From Geosiphon pyriformis uo1 (Eukaryota; Fungi; Glomeromycota), in NCBI GenBank assembly GCA_016748015.1, contig JAAOMT010000503.1, positions 645,669-709,668 on the forward strand: a DNA stretch of 64,000 nt, given 5' to 3'. The number at the start of each line of letters is the position of its first letter. The stretch's first letter is position 1. The notes under the pieces were generated by a model. It was given only the letters and a program-made list of their open reading frames with translations, did no database searches and was not told where the DNA came from. The position numbers and the translations under genes are program-made. Positions 50,177 through 63,900 of the stretch are shown one piece after another.

Positions 50177-50193
50177 TGGTGCTCCATGTAAGG
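50177..50193 (+). promoter_or_regulatory. PBS of C2 (TGGTGCTCCATGTAAGG), resembles the complement of tRNA-Ile(UAU)
   Basis: Lies 2 nt after the LTR; similar to TGGTGCTCCAGGTGAGG expected from the eukaryotic tRNA-Ile(UAU) 3' end as I recall it. Confidence 0.6.
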
Positions 50194-50236
50194 TATAATC
50201 CTACAGAAAACCAGCACCAACTACACTCATTTAAAA

Positions 50237-53200
50237 GTGGCAGAATCAGAAAGAATAGGAGCAAACCATTTAGAATTTGCAAAATTCTTATTTCAATAGT
50301 ACAGCCAACAATTAAGATTAAACAATAATCATTTTCCAGCAAAATCAGCTTTCAACTTCTATGTTAATGACAAAATTACAGACTGCTTAGGAGAAACAGT
50401 TAACATTGAATCCACAAGAAAAAACTTCTATACAGAATTATTCCAACATACCAGCTTACCAAGAAACTACAGTTTCACACCAATCATCAGAGAAATAAAC
50501 CAAACTATTGAAAAATATACACAACAACAATTCTCAATTACCTATGCAGACAAAGAAAAAGGAAGACTACAAATACCAACAGTGACACCAAAAGGGATCC
50601 AACCACCCACTTGGAAAAAAACTAGAGTTGAATTGCCAACAAATTCATTATATCACTATACACCAGAAAGTGTTATTAACATCTCATCAACAGGCATGTC
50701 CACATCAAATATGACATCAACATTTGGATGATTTTTATTTCAAAGTAAACAAACGAAAGCAGAATTACTAAGAACCTATGACAATTATTTTGAAAAATTT
50801 AAATTGTGATTGCCAATGCTATCAGAATTCTGATCACCACCACCTCAACCAAATTTTGGAAATGCAAGTCTCTGAGAGATAATAGAATCAGAAAAGAAGG
50901 AAGAAAAAGAAGCCAAAGATTAAGAATTTACTTACTAGAACCTGATTCTGGAAAACCCGAACATCAAAATCCCAAACTTTTAGACTCAACAAGATCCAAA
51001 TTTAGAAAATCCAGAAATCAAAACTCCAAATTTTCAAACTCAGCAAAATCGGAACAATCAAAGCCCCAACATTAATAATCAACAATACTTACTTCTAGTA
51101 ATTGTCATCAACCCACTACCAGTTGCCCTACAACAACAGCCACTGCCACAATTCCAAATTCAATTACTACTTCAACTACCACAGCAACTAAACTTGAATC
51201 AAATGGCTTATGCTTCCATAGTGAAACTCAAAAAATTTACTGGCAAAGAGAATGACACCCAAGTATGGCTGAACGATATGAAAAAAGCCATTGTAGCCAA
51301 TGGATGGGATGACACCAAAGTCATGCAAGCCATCTCCTACTTTCTCCAGAATACTGCCAATTCATGATATCAAAGTCTAGCCAACAAACTCCAGGATTTT
51401 AATAAATTCAAACTTGCATTTCTACAATATTTCAGCAATAATAATAGTATTAATCATCTAGCAAACACTTTTACCACCATCAAACAAAGAAAAAATGAAG
51501 CAGTTACTATTTATTTAGGACACTTTCACAAAAATCTGCACCAAATCCAGACAATCCAGGCTGATTATTTTACAGCACCACAAATCCTAAATCAATTCAT
51601 TAAAGGTCTATGCAATAACATCTTTTAGCATATACATCCAATGCATTCAGTAGATCTTCAAGCTGCAGTTACAAATGCCAGAGATTTTGAAGCAGATAAA
51701 CTCAAAGCCAACCACACCCAAGCCATTAATCTAGTAATGAATGGATCATCTGAATTAGATTCCAAATTGAAACAATTCAGTGATTCAATCAATCAGAAAT
51801 TAGAGGGATACTTAACTGACAATCATGCAATTTATAAACTACCATAATAACACAATAATTCAGAAAATGCAAATTGTTTCTAAAATCAGTCACATCTATT
51901 ATCTTCAACCAATCAACAGTGGCAACAGGAGATGTGTGTTTGCTACTACTGTGGTAAACAAAGGCATTTAAAAATTGATTGTAAGTTAAGGATAGAAAAC
52001 CAATGATCAGGAAATCAATATCAAAACTCTAATTGCTGGTTTCAAACTCTGAATTACCAACTCAATCCAGCATCATATCAATTGACTTATCTACCAATGA
52101 TGTAACAGCCAATATATTAACCACCCATATATCAATCTTCAATTTATCAACCACCACCATCAGTAATATATCAACCACTGTAGCCACAAATAATTTATCA
52201 GACATCTGCAGTTCAAACACTGCCATCAAACCCAGCTCAAATGACATCAAGAAACCCTAGATCAAGAGTCATCCAAAACTGGAGATTAGTAATAGTTGTC
52301 CACCAACCAATTTCCAGTTTATCCAACTAGCCATTAAGATCATGCCAGTAGAGTTCAGGAACTGGGTATACTCAAAACCCGAATTCCCAACACTATTTAA
52401 GTTTTCTGGTTACTCCAGAAGATACCCAACTCAATAATCCAGAAACAAACCAACAATCAACACTTACCAGCAACATTTCACCAGCTATCATCACCGAGAA
52501 TGAATTACTGGACGCCATCTTCCCATTTGAACTCAAAGAACTGTTAGCTACACTGTTGTTTAGTGAAGCTGCTCTTAAAGAAAAACCTATCACTGCCATA
52601 TACACTAATGCCAAAGTTGATGGCCATCCTATCAAACTAATCCTAGACAATAGATCAGCTGGCAGCATCATCACACAACAACTCATGGACCAATTAGGTC
52701 GCCAAATTGATCAAGCTGCCAGTGCCAGAATCATAACAGCTAATGGAGTGACCAAAACTCTGATTGGCAAGATAAATGACTTACCTATTAAAATCAATGG
52801 CATCATCATATCCATCAAAGTTCTTGTGATAGAAGCAATTCAGTACCAAGCACTTGTTGGTAATGACTGGCTGTCCAAAACCAATACAATGCTTGATTGG
52901 ATTATGCAGGAATTACAATTTAGCCAGGACAGTTAACACACACATATACCAGCCATGTGTGACCACTTTAAGACTACCACCCTGCTAGCACTACTGATAG
53001 AATTTGAGGAAGAAAAAGAAAAACCTACTTGGAAAGCCTATCAAGTGGCCTGGACTGATGAAGATCACAATAAGCTATCACTGATACTCTCTTGGAATGA
53101 CAAGGGAAAAGGGAAATGAAAAGAAAAACCTACCTGGAATGCTGACCAAATCTGAATATCTGATGACAATCAAGACAAACTAACAACTTGGAAGTGGAAA

Positions 53201-56200
53201 AAAGATAACAATAAAAAAAAAAGAAAGAAAAGGAAGAAGATCCAACACCAATTACCACTTATAGTCCATATGCTTACTCTTCACTACTGCCATCTAACTA
53301 TTGCTGATTAAAATTAATATGTGTAGATTGTGGCAAGAAATTGTTGTTAATGGATGCATGCTGTAATGATGATGATGAATACTCCACAGCAACAAAGTTC
53401 TATTGTTACCATGTATTATAGAATGGTTTGGATGCCCAAAAAGACAAAAAAAATGGGATAACAAATCTTGTCTTGCATGTGGAACTATTTTGCCTGACAA
53501 AGAAATGTGGAATGACATTCCTGGATGAGAAAGAACATGTGATGAGACATGCCAGTATATCATCCTAATAAATAACTGGATACATAAAGAAACCCCAATT
53601 GACAATGCCTGGAAAAAAGCATTGCAATGATTGGAAGGATATCCTCACAACAAACATGAAATCTGAAAAATAACAAGTGTAAAAGCAAAAGGTGCTACTA
53701 CCAGCAAGTTATTAGAAATTAAAAATAACTCACTCTCACTGTCTGAACCTGAATATGTCCTCATCTTCAATGTTTTCAGTAATATTGAAGATGATCTGGA
53801 AGAATTCCACGAATATTATCAATGATTAGCATCTACTAGAAAAGAACAAAAGCAGTGTTTAGAGCAATTGAATACTCGATTATGTCAACATTGCTTAATT
53901 TTCTGTGACTTTCAATATTGTAATGAGTGTGACCTTATTTACAATCCACCAATACACATGATCTATATGATCCTGAAAGAAGAAGAATCAATCAGCAGCT
54001 GTGTATTAGAATTGGAATCAATTTTCAATTCTGATTTAAACTCCAACAATGATGATGACAAAAACAATAGTCCCAGCTCTGCTCAATATGGCAATGGAAA
54101 ATATAGCAATTCAAACTCTGATTCAAACCCTGAAACATACATCACACTCCCTGATTTCACCAAAGAACAGAAACTTAAATAGTTTAACAATAATAATGAA
54201 GATATTATGCCAGAATGCACACATGATACCGATGCAAGGTTTGATCTGAGATATTTAGAAAAAAATCTCATCAAATTAGAACCTCATTTGTGCATCTGCA
54301 TTAATCTCAAAATAGCACTGGAAATTCCAGCAACAACAATGGTTTAGTTAGCATCTAAAAATAGCTTAGCCAAAAAAGGAATCAACATCAGAGGAGGAAT
54401 AATTGATGCAGGATATGTAGGAAATATCATTGTAATGCTATAAAATGACTCAGAAAAGGCATATATTATAGATCTAAATAAAAAGATAGCACAGGCAATA
54501 TTCCTGCCTCTGATTAAAATAGCTCACTTAGTATCAGTGGAAAACAGAGAAGAATTAGGGATCACAGCTAGAGAGATACAGAGATTTGGATCCACAGGTA
54601 GAATAGATATACCAGTCAATATGGCAGAGAAAAAAATTATTGACAAGGAAAAAATTATCTTCACCCATCAACCAATTTTCATTCTATCATATGACCAGTA
54701 CATGGTAGTCATAGAAAAAAAAGTAAAAGATCAGATACAGATTTTTGAAGTGGAAGCAACACTTTGTGAATTAGGAAAGATCAGATTAGTCAATCTACAC
54801 ATACCAGCCAAAAACCACAGCCACATCAAAATTCCTATTTACAACAATACAGAAGACATTATTAAGATACCAAAAGGAACCACTATTGGATACTTGACCA
54901 CAGAAATTAAAGACCAATTCCAGACTTTCTACAACTGTGTGAATATGTGGATATCATATTTCAAATCATATACAGATGAAAAAAATGTTATTTGCTTCAA
55001 TTAGAACAATTGAAACAAATGAACATAGGACACTTAGATTCATTACAATATATGCAGCTCAAAATGTTACTCAACAATTTCAATGACATCTTTGCCAGTG
55101 AAAACAAATTTGGCAGAACTAACATCATCCAATATCAAATCAAGACTGGAAATACAATGCCAATTAAACAGAGAGCATACAGAGTACCACCAGCCAGCCA
55201 TGAGATCATTTGTCAAGAAATTAACTGAATGCTTAACAATGGGTTAATTCAACTATCAATGAGCCCATGGTCATTATCAGTAGTACTAGTTTATAAGAAA
55301 AATGGAAAAATTCACTTTTGTGTGGATTACTAAAAACTGAATAGAGTAATCAAAGGAAATAGTTACCCAACATCAAAGATTCAAGAACTGTTTGATGCTT
55401 TTGGAAGAAAAAAATGGTTCTCAACTTTAGACTTGGACAGTAGTTATTGGCAAGTAGCCATAAAACCAGAAGATAAGGAAAAAACAGCTTTCACAACATG
55501 AAAAGAAAATTTTGAGTTCAAAGTCATGCCATTTGGATTGATAAATGCTCTAGCAACATTCCAACAGCTTATGGAAATTGTCTATACTGGATTACTGTGG
55601 AAATCAGTAGTCATATACTTAGATGACACCAATGTGTTTTCAAAAACATTTAATGATCATCTGCATTATCTTCAACAAGTGTTTAAAAGACTAAGAAGAG
55701 CCAGACTAAAGCTAAATGCAATCAAATGTTTCTTTGGAAAAACTGAACTCAAGTTTTTGGGACATATGGTAAGCAAAAACGGAATTAAAACAGATCCAGA
55801 CAAGATTGAGATCATCAAGAACTTTTCAGTACCAAATAATTTCACAGAATTGAGAGCATTTTTGGAATTTGCTGGATACTACTGCCACTTTATCAAAGAC
55901 TTTTCCAAAATAGCTTAACCACTACACCAACTCCAAACAAAGAACACCAAGTATAAATGAACAAAAATTCAGCAAGAAGCTTTTGATACATTAAGAAAAA
56001 AGCTTATTCAAGCTCCAATACTGATCTATTTAGATCATAACAAGCCATTCATAATCACAACTAATACATCTGGTCAAGCATTAGAAGCAGTATTATCTCA
56101 GAAAAGACCAGATGGATGAGAACATCCAGTAGTTTACACCAGTAGAAGCTTAAGTCCAGCAGAAAAAAACTATAGAACACTAGCATTAGAACACTTAGCA

Positions 56201-56419
56201 ATCTATTGGGCAGTTATGAAATGGAAAAAATACTTGAGTCAAAAGTTTGATGTATACACAGATTATAAAGGATTGATTTCAATCCAGAAACAAGAATTTG
56301 CAGATAATTGCCATGTCAGATGGAAAATAAAACTGTTACCATTTAATTATACAGTGCATTACAAAAAAAAAAAAGAAAACGGAAATATCGACAGTCTGTT
56401 GTAAATGAGACAAATCTAA
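50237..56419 (+). pseudogene. Degenerate gag-PR-Cys-rich-dUTPase-RT-RNaseH polyprotein of C2
   Basis: Gag (KFTG..QVWLND..NGWDD), CYYCGKQRHLKIDC knuckle, PR, dUTPase (~54200-54600; GGIIDAGYVG, FGSTG), RT YLDD, RH; ends NIDSLL*MRQI* (TAA 56417-56419). Confidence 0.88.
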
Positions 56420-56450
56420 AAAACATTTCAACCCAAAAATATAACAAAAG

Positions 56451-57721
56451 ATAAATATACAAAAATACCAACAACTACAACATTATATAAATACCCAATT
56501 GTTTAAAGAGAAATTATCTCAAAAGAAACAAAGGAACATAAAACAACAATCAAAATATTTTATCAACCATCAAAATATACTTTATTGGAAGAACAGAAAA
56601 AATACAGATCAATCAACCAGAGTAATCACAGAATTAGAGAAAGAGACAATATTATTTAATATACACTCAGATTCAACAGCAGGACATTTTTATAAAAAAA
56701 CAACCATAGAAAAAATTAAAAAAAAATATTATTAATTATCAATGTATCCAGACATCATCCAATATGTTCAAAATTGTGATGCTTGTTAGAAAAGAGGAGA
56801 AACAAGACCCAATGAACCATTAAAACCAATCAAAATGGGACAACTATCCGATCATATTGAGATTGACTTAATTGGATCATTAACAATCACCAATAGAGGC
56901 AACAGATATATTGCAGTAGCCATGAACTATCTCACTAAATGGCCAGAAGCAAAAGCCATTCAAAGAGCAGATGCAGAATCTATTGCCAAATTTGTTCATC
57001 AAGATTTAATCTGTCAACATGGATGTCCAAAAAAACTATTATCAGATCAAAGAACTCACTTTGTAAATAGAACATTGACAGAATTAAGTCAAAGATTTGG
57101 GATAAAAAGACTATTATTATCATCATACCATCTATAAACAAATGGACTAGTTGAAAGGTTTAACAGAACATTGTGTAAAGCCATTGCCAAAATCAGCCAA
57201 GAAAACCAGGACAAATAGGATTTGATTATACCATCAGTATTATTTGCTTATTAGACAATGAAGCAAGACACTACACAAGCAACACCATTTGAATTAGTAT
57301 ATAGTAGAACAGCAACATTATTAGTTGAGATAAAAGTCAAAACTTATCCAACAGAACCAATAACAGAAGAAAATTTTCAAAAAACATTGTTAAGAAAAAC
57401 ATATGACTTAATGGAAACATTAGAAAACACATGGCAAAAAGCAGCTGATAATATCCAAAAGTCACAAGAGAAACAAAAAAAGACATAATAACCAACTACC
57501 AGATAAACCAGTTGAATTCAAGATTGGAAACAAAGTATTTTTAGATTGTACCAAAGCAAAAAAGCAATAGAATAGAAAATTTGACCCCAAATGGGACAGA
57601 CCATTTCACATAGAAGAAATTCTTAGAAATGAAGCTTACAAATTAAGGTTGAACAACAAAATCTTAACCAAAGCAGCACATAGTGATTAACTAAAACCAT
57701 ATCACTATATAGTATCACTAT
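56451..57721 (+). pseudogene. Stand-alone integrase ORF of C2 (start probably ATG mutated to ATA)
   Basis: HSDSTAGHF..CDAC, IDL, SDQ, NGLVERFN, WD(R)PFHI. Confidence 0.85.
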
Positions 57722-58707
57722 TGTTACCGGAGGTTTTTGGTCTCTTTTCTTGAATGTTGTTGATGCCTGTTTGCTGTGAATTTACGTTTTCTGGATGTGG
57801 TTGAACCTCCAGTAACTGAATTTATCCTCAAATTATCTCTTATAATTTGAACTGCTGGACTTATAAGTAAAATGGCCAATTCTATGCCAGTTACTTTGTA
57901 TAGTTACATTGTAGTAAATGTCAACTCTTTTCTAAGAATTGCTTGTCTGGAAGCTCACTAAAATGTGTAGTTACTTTGCTGTGAAAGTCAACTCTTCTAC
58001 AGAAATCTCATCTGTAGACTACCCTAATGATTGTAATAAGAAAAGAAAAGAAAAATAAAAGAAATGTAAAAGAAAAAGTAAAACTGATGATTTATGGAAG
58101 TCGTTTCGGATCCAGGCCTGGAAGTGCTTTAACAGTCTACTGAAATTGATAGCTAATCAATTTCAAACTGTTAGTAAGAATTAATTAATTCCAAGAGAAA
58201 TAATTAAGAATTTGGTTTTTCGAATTTATTTAATATTTATTTTGTTTTTGTGTGTAAAGGCTGATTCTAATTATTAAATCTGAAGTAAGATACATTTCCT
58301 CAAAAAAAGAAGCTCTTCTTTTATACAACTTGTTGTAACACTATTCTATAAACTTGAACTTTGCTATTTTTTATAATTTCACTGAACTAAAGATACATTT
58401 CGGTGAACTACAAGTTATTTCTGTGAACTATTAGATATTTCGGCAAACTATCAATTATTTCGGCGAATTTCTTACAAATTTCGGCAACTTTTTGAATGTT
58501 ACATAGTTCAGGGTATTGCATGATTGATCATCACAATTAGGTTACATTTGTGTTATGTACAAATTGGGTTATTAATTAAATGATAATTTTGGATATTTTG
58601 CTAATGTAATAAGTAATAATTTGGAAATGATAATATATGCTAATTAATGATAAGATTTATAAGAGTAATTTCATGCTAAACAATATCTCTAATTTTGTCT
58701 GGTAATA
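57722..58707 (-). repeat. 3' LTR of D (986 bp; initial TG mutated to TA)
   Basis: Minus strand TATTACCAG...CCGGTAACA; homologous to the A and B LTRs. Confidence 0.92.
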
Positions 58708-59395
58708 TAACCTCCTCCTCAAGACTGAGCTCCATCAAAGTCCAAGTACTGTCTGTAATTTTCAGATAATAATCCAAAATTATTGAAGAAATTTGGTCTG
58801 AAAATTGTTGAAATTTCAGTTCTGTAAGCTTTCCAATGTATTGAATCTTCAAAGGCTGTAAAATTGGGTCTTGTAGGACGTTTTTATAGGTGTAGAATAG
58901 GTCATAAAGTCTAAGAACAGCTCTTAGTTTATAATGACTGTTTGTAGACCCAGCTGTTGTCTTGAATTCATTGTAAAGTTGTTTCCGAATAGCTTCTTTT
59001 GCAAGGTTTGCTGTTGTAAGCTCTAGTTTTTGCTTATGAAGTGTTTTTTCAATATAAAAATATCTATATATTGGAGGGTATTTGCCATTTTCTTCATTAA
59101 GATACAGTTGAAGTTTTTGTTGAATAATAGCATTTGGTGAAATACTAATAGGGGCGAGCAATAAGTTTTCTCATAAAACAAGCTTCAAAAGTTCTGGTAA
59201 ATAAATTCCAGAATAACTTCTTGTGTTCTTCTTATATGGATGATATTTTTGTGCATTTGGAGCTAAATTTGCAACTACTTCTGTTTAGGTATAATTAATG
59301 TGGTTTCGAGTAACAGTAATGGATAATTTGAGTATTGTTTTTAAAGCTAACATTAGTTTTTGGGATAATTGTTGAATGTTTTGAGGAATAGACAT
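58676..59395 (-). pseudogene. ORF3 of element D, ~239 codons, unknown protein (two nonsense codons)
   Basis: ATG MSIPQNIQQ at 59395 is in frame with ORF 58676-59161; the TAA and TGA stops are explicable by single C->T changes. Confidence 0.8.
58711..58720 (-). promoter_or_regulatory. Polypurine tract of D
   Basis: GAGGAGGAGG 3 nt before the LTR. Confidence 0.85.
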
Positions 59396-59517
59396 TATAA
59401 GAGATTTGAAAATAAAAGAAAATTATTTTTGGTGTATGGGTTTTTATGTTATTTTTGTTTTGTTTTTGTAAGATTGTTTCTAAATTATAATGATATAACT
59501 ATAATAATAAATTTAAA

Positions 59518-60900
59518 TTAAGTATTCAAGTTAGGAGGTTGTTCAATGATAACTATTGGTTCTAAATTTTGGAGAATGTCTTTGGAATTGATTAAAAAAG
59601 AATGTGTATCAATTTGTGGAATTAATGGTTCAGGGTTGTTTCTGGAATTATAGTATTTCAAATGATCTCCATGTGCAACTTTTGCTAGGATTTTGTTATC
59701 AAGTCTTAGCTTGTATGATCCGTTGCCTAAAACTTCATGGATAAAAAATGGTCCATCCCATTTATTCTCAAATTTTCTACTTCATTGTTTTTCAGCTTTA
59801 GTTCTGTGTAAAAGAACTTTGTTTCTAATTTTAAATTCATTGGTGACTGGAGGCAATTTGTCATCATGCCATTCTTTTTGTTGAGCTTGGGAGTGTTCAA
59901 TATGGGTGGCTGCTATTCATTGTTTTCTTTCCAATGTGCTAAGCAGAGTGTAGGCTTTTCGCTGAAGCATTTTCTGGAAATTGTTTTCATCAATTGGTTG
60001 TGCTGGGTATGTTTCCACTGTGAAACTAATTGGTAATGTTGCTGTCCTTCCATAAGTTAAATCAAATGGTGTGTGTTTTGTGATATCTTGTTTTAGTGTT
60101 CTATATGCTAGTAACACTGATGGAATAAAGAGATCCCATTCTTGCTCAAAATTGGTTGAAACTTTGGCTAATAATTCACACAATGTTCTGTTGAAACATT
60201 CTACAAATCCATTGGTTTGTGGATGGTAGAACAAAAATAATGGTCTCTTGACATTAAATTGTCCACAAAATTCCTGGATTAAATTGTTCACAAAATGTGT
60301 TCCTTGATCAGATAAAAGTTCTATTGGGCATCCATGTCTACAAATGATGTCTTTGTAGATGAAGTTTGCTACTGATTTTGCATCTGCTCATTGAATGGCT
60401 CTGGCTTTAGGCCATTTGGTGAAATAGTCTATAGCTACTGCAATATAACGGTTTTCTTGGTTTGTGATAGGTAGTGGTTTGACTAAATTGATACCAACTT
60501 AGTCAAAAGGCTGTCCAACTTTGATTGGGTTTAATGGTTCAGTAGGGTGTGTTCCTCCTCTTCTTTGACAACTATCACAAGATTTGACATATTCGTGAAT
60601 GTCTTTTCTTATTTGAGGCCAAAAGTAGTATTCTAGTGTTCTTTGGGTGGTGCTGTCTTTTCCGAAGTGTGCTAATGAAGAATCTGAGTGCATGTTGTAT
60701 AATATAGTTTTTTTTTTCTGTTTTTGTATTAATCTGAGTGGTTTGTCTGGGTTTTTGAAATTTCGCTGATAAATAATGTTGTTGTGTAGAAAATATTGTT
60801 TGGCTTGTTGTAGTTAATGTTTTTCATCTGGAGACCAATCTGTTGGAATTGTTAATGTTTCCAAATATTGTTTGAGATTGTTGTAGTTTTCCAAATTCAT
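59518..60900 (-). pseudogene. Stand-alone integrase ORF of D
   Basis: ATG MNLENY at 60900; HSDSSLAHFG..CDSC, SDQG, TNGFVE, WDGPF. Confidence 0.88.
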
Positions 60901-60947
60901 TGTTTGTTGGCTGTTTTGGTTGGTTAAGTTGAATGTTGGTTTTTTTT

Positions 60948-63900
60948 CTAATCTTGTCTTATTCTGGAGAGACAGTCAACATTGGTGTGGAGTTTTTCTG
61001 GTTTATGATGTACTATGTATCAATAGTTTGCTAGAAATTCTGTCCATTAGATTTGTTTTGTATTTAGCTGAGTATTTTTGTTCTGAAGCCATTTAAGTTC
61101 AATATTATCAGTAATAATATCAAATTCCTTTGGCCAGAGATAAAAGTTGAAATGATGTAGGGCCCAAATTACAGCTGCTGTTTCCAATTCAGTGGCAGGA
61201 TAATTTTTTTCAGCTGGTTTTAATGTTCTGCTAGCATAGGTGATTACTCGCTCATTTCTATTGTCATCCAATTGTGATAGGATAGCACCAAAGGCAGTAT
61301 AAGAGGCATCTGTTGCTAATCGGAATCAGTTGCTGAAATCTGGGTAGGCAAGAATTAGAGCTGTCATTAGTTTTTCTTTGAGGATTTCAAATACATTTTG
61401 GCATTCAGCAGTTCATTCATATTTGACGTTTTTGGTGGTAAGCTAGTTGAGAGGTTTTGCAATTTCTGAGAATTCTTTGATAAACTTCTGATAGTAAGAG
61501 GCTAACCCTATGAATCCTCTTAATTCTGTAGTGTTTCGAGGAGTTTTGAAGTTTTTGACAGTGCTGATTTTTTTAGGGTCCAGTTTGATTCCATTTTTAC
61601 TAACGATATGACCAAGGAAGGCCAAGCTTGTTTTTTCAAAGTAGCATTTTTCAATGTTGAGTTTTAGTCCTGCTTTTTGTAATCGTTGAAAAACTTCTCG
61701 CAGGTGTTTTAAGTGTAATTTGAACAATAGAGAATAAACATCAGTATTGTCAAGATAAATGACTACTGACTTCTAAAAGAGTCCTTGGTACACAACATCC
61801 ATTAATCTCTAAAATGTTGCTGGTGCATTACATAATCCGAAAGGCATTACATTGAACTTGTAATTTCCGCCTTGGGTGGTGAATGCTGTTTTGGGACAAT
61901 CTTTGGGATCCATAGCAACTTGTCAGTAACCACTTTCTAAATCTAGTGTTGAAAAGTATTTGGATTTTCCAAGGGCATCTAATATGTTATCAATTCGGAG
62001 AAGGGGATAGGCATCTCCAATTGTAATACTGTTGAGTTGTCAGTAGTCAACACAAAATTGTATCTTTCCATTTTTTTTTTAACTAACACTACAGATGAAG
62101 TCCAAGAACTCATGGAGGGTTGGATGAGCCCGTTGTTAAGCATTTGTTGTACTTATTCTTGGATGAATTGGTGGCTTTCTGAAGCAACTCGATATGCTTG
62201 TTGTCTTCTTGGTTTGGCATCTCCTGTATAAATTTGGTGTTGAACCAAATTGGTTTTTCCTAAGTCATTGTTGTTTTCAGTAAAAATATTGGTAAATTCT
62301 GCAATTAGCTCTTTGAGCTGGCTCTGTTGTTGTGGTTCAAGTTGTTCTATGTTGATTCAAGATAGTTTTTTTTATGACAACATGGTAGTTTTCAGAGCTA
62401 GGGTTTGGGTTGATTTTTGGTAGTGAATGTCCAATAATTTCCGAAAAATTGGGAACTGTCTGAAGTAGTTCTTGTTGAAAGATGTTACTGTGAATGACTC
62501 CAATTTTTAAGTTATTTAATAGAACTATGGGGTAATTGTTGGGATTGTAAAAAGTAACTTGGACTTTCTTTGTTTTTTCTGAAATATAAATGTTTGGGAT
62601 CAAAATATTATGTTCCAAGCAAACTTGTTCATTGGACTCAAAAATTTGTTGTGTGGTTGTTGGCTTTGGGCAGGTGTAGATGTTCTTCAAAAGATAAGAT
62701 GGTAATTGGTTGTGGAAGTCTGAGAATCTGGTGGGATTTGTTCTGTGTGTTAAGAGCTATATTAACTAGAACTGTGAATTGTCCAGTTGAACCAAAACTT
62801 TGGGTTTTTCTATTGCTTTTTCCTAATTGTTCTCTTTGATTGACTAGTTGCAAACCCAAAATGTTGATTAGGGATAGGTAAATAGCTTGGGCAATTTTTT
62901 CAGCATAGTCGATCTTGAATGGTTTGTCAGTTTCATTTTGAAGCATCACTGTAATGTCTCCAGTATATCCAGCATCAATTATTCCTCCTCTGACATTGAT
63001 TCCTTTGCTTGCCAGAGAGAACTGGGAGGCAATTTGAACCATTGCTCCTAGTGGGATTTTGAGTGCAATTTTGAGGTTGATTTTTGTGAGAGATTTGAGT
63101 TTGAGAACAAGAGTATCCTTGTCTGGATATCTTAGATCGTATCCAGCATCAATTTTATGTGCTTTTTCAGGTTTTATTCCTTGTCCGTTGTTGTTGAAGT
63201 ATTTGAATTGTAAGGCAGGTTGACTTTCAATAAGATAGATAGGTGTTGTTTCAATTTCTTCTGTTGCTTCAGGTTCTCCAAATTCAATTTCATTTTCATT
63301 GTTTTTACTGGGCAGAAGAACGCTAAGAGCATAGCATTAAAGACACCATTGCTCATCGCAGGGCATTATGCATTCTTCACACAATTTAACGTTCATTTGC
63401 TCTAGCCGTTGAGCTTGAGCTTCTTTGGTTGGGTAAGTGTGACTGGCAATTTGGTGATATATTTCTACTTCATCTTCGTAGTTGTATCTAGCAATTTCAA
63501 AGGTGTATGCAATGTATTCTGATTCTTTTATTTGACAAACATTTTCTTGAGTGGCTCCGTTGATTAAAGCCATTGCTAGGTCAAAAATTATTTCGGCATC
63601 ATGAGGATAATGGTACAGTTTGTTGAGAACACTGTTGTATGCTGCATCAAATTTTGACTTTTTCTGAGATTGATAAAGCATATTGGCAGGTTTGATCACA
63701 GACTCTTCCTCTTATTGCTACATTAATCCAATTGCATTTTTCTGGTAGCATATTTCCACAAGTCAAACAAGGAGTGTTGTCCCATTTTCCACTTCTTTTT
63801 ATTAGATGGCCCCATCGTTTTTTGTGGCAAGCCTTGCAGTAGTAACAAGTATGATTTTCATATTTTTCTTCAGGTGAAATACAGGCTCCCATTGACAATA

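Larger units (their letters stand above)
49297..57721 (+). mobile_element. Gypsy element C2 (family 2), interrupted at the end of integrase by element D
   Basis: LTR, PBS, gag, PR (LILDNRSAGS), Cys-rich domain, dUTPase, RT (YLDD), RH, separate IN. Confidence 0.93.

Noticed and set aside
58676-59395. ORF3 as an envelope gene
   Set aside because: No signal peptide, transmembrane helix or furin site is visible, and it is too short.
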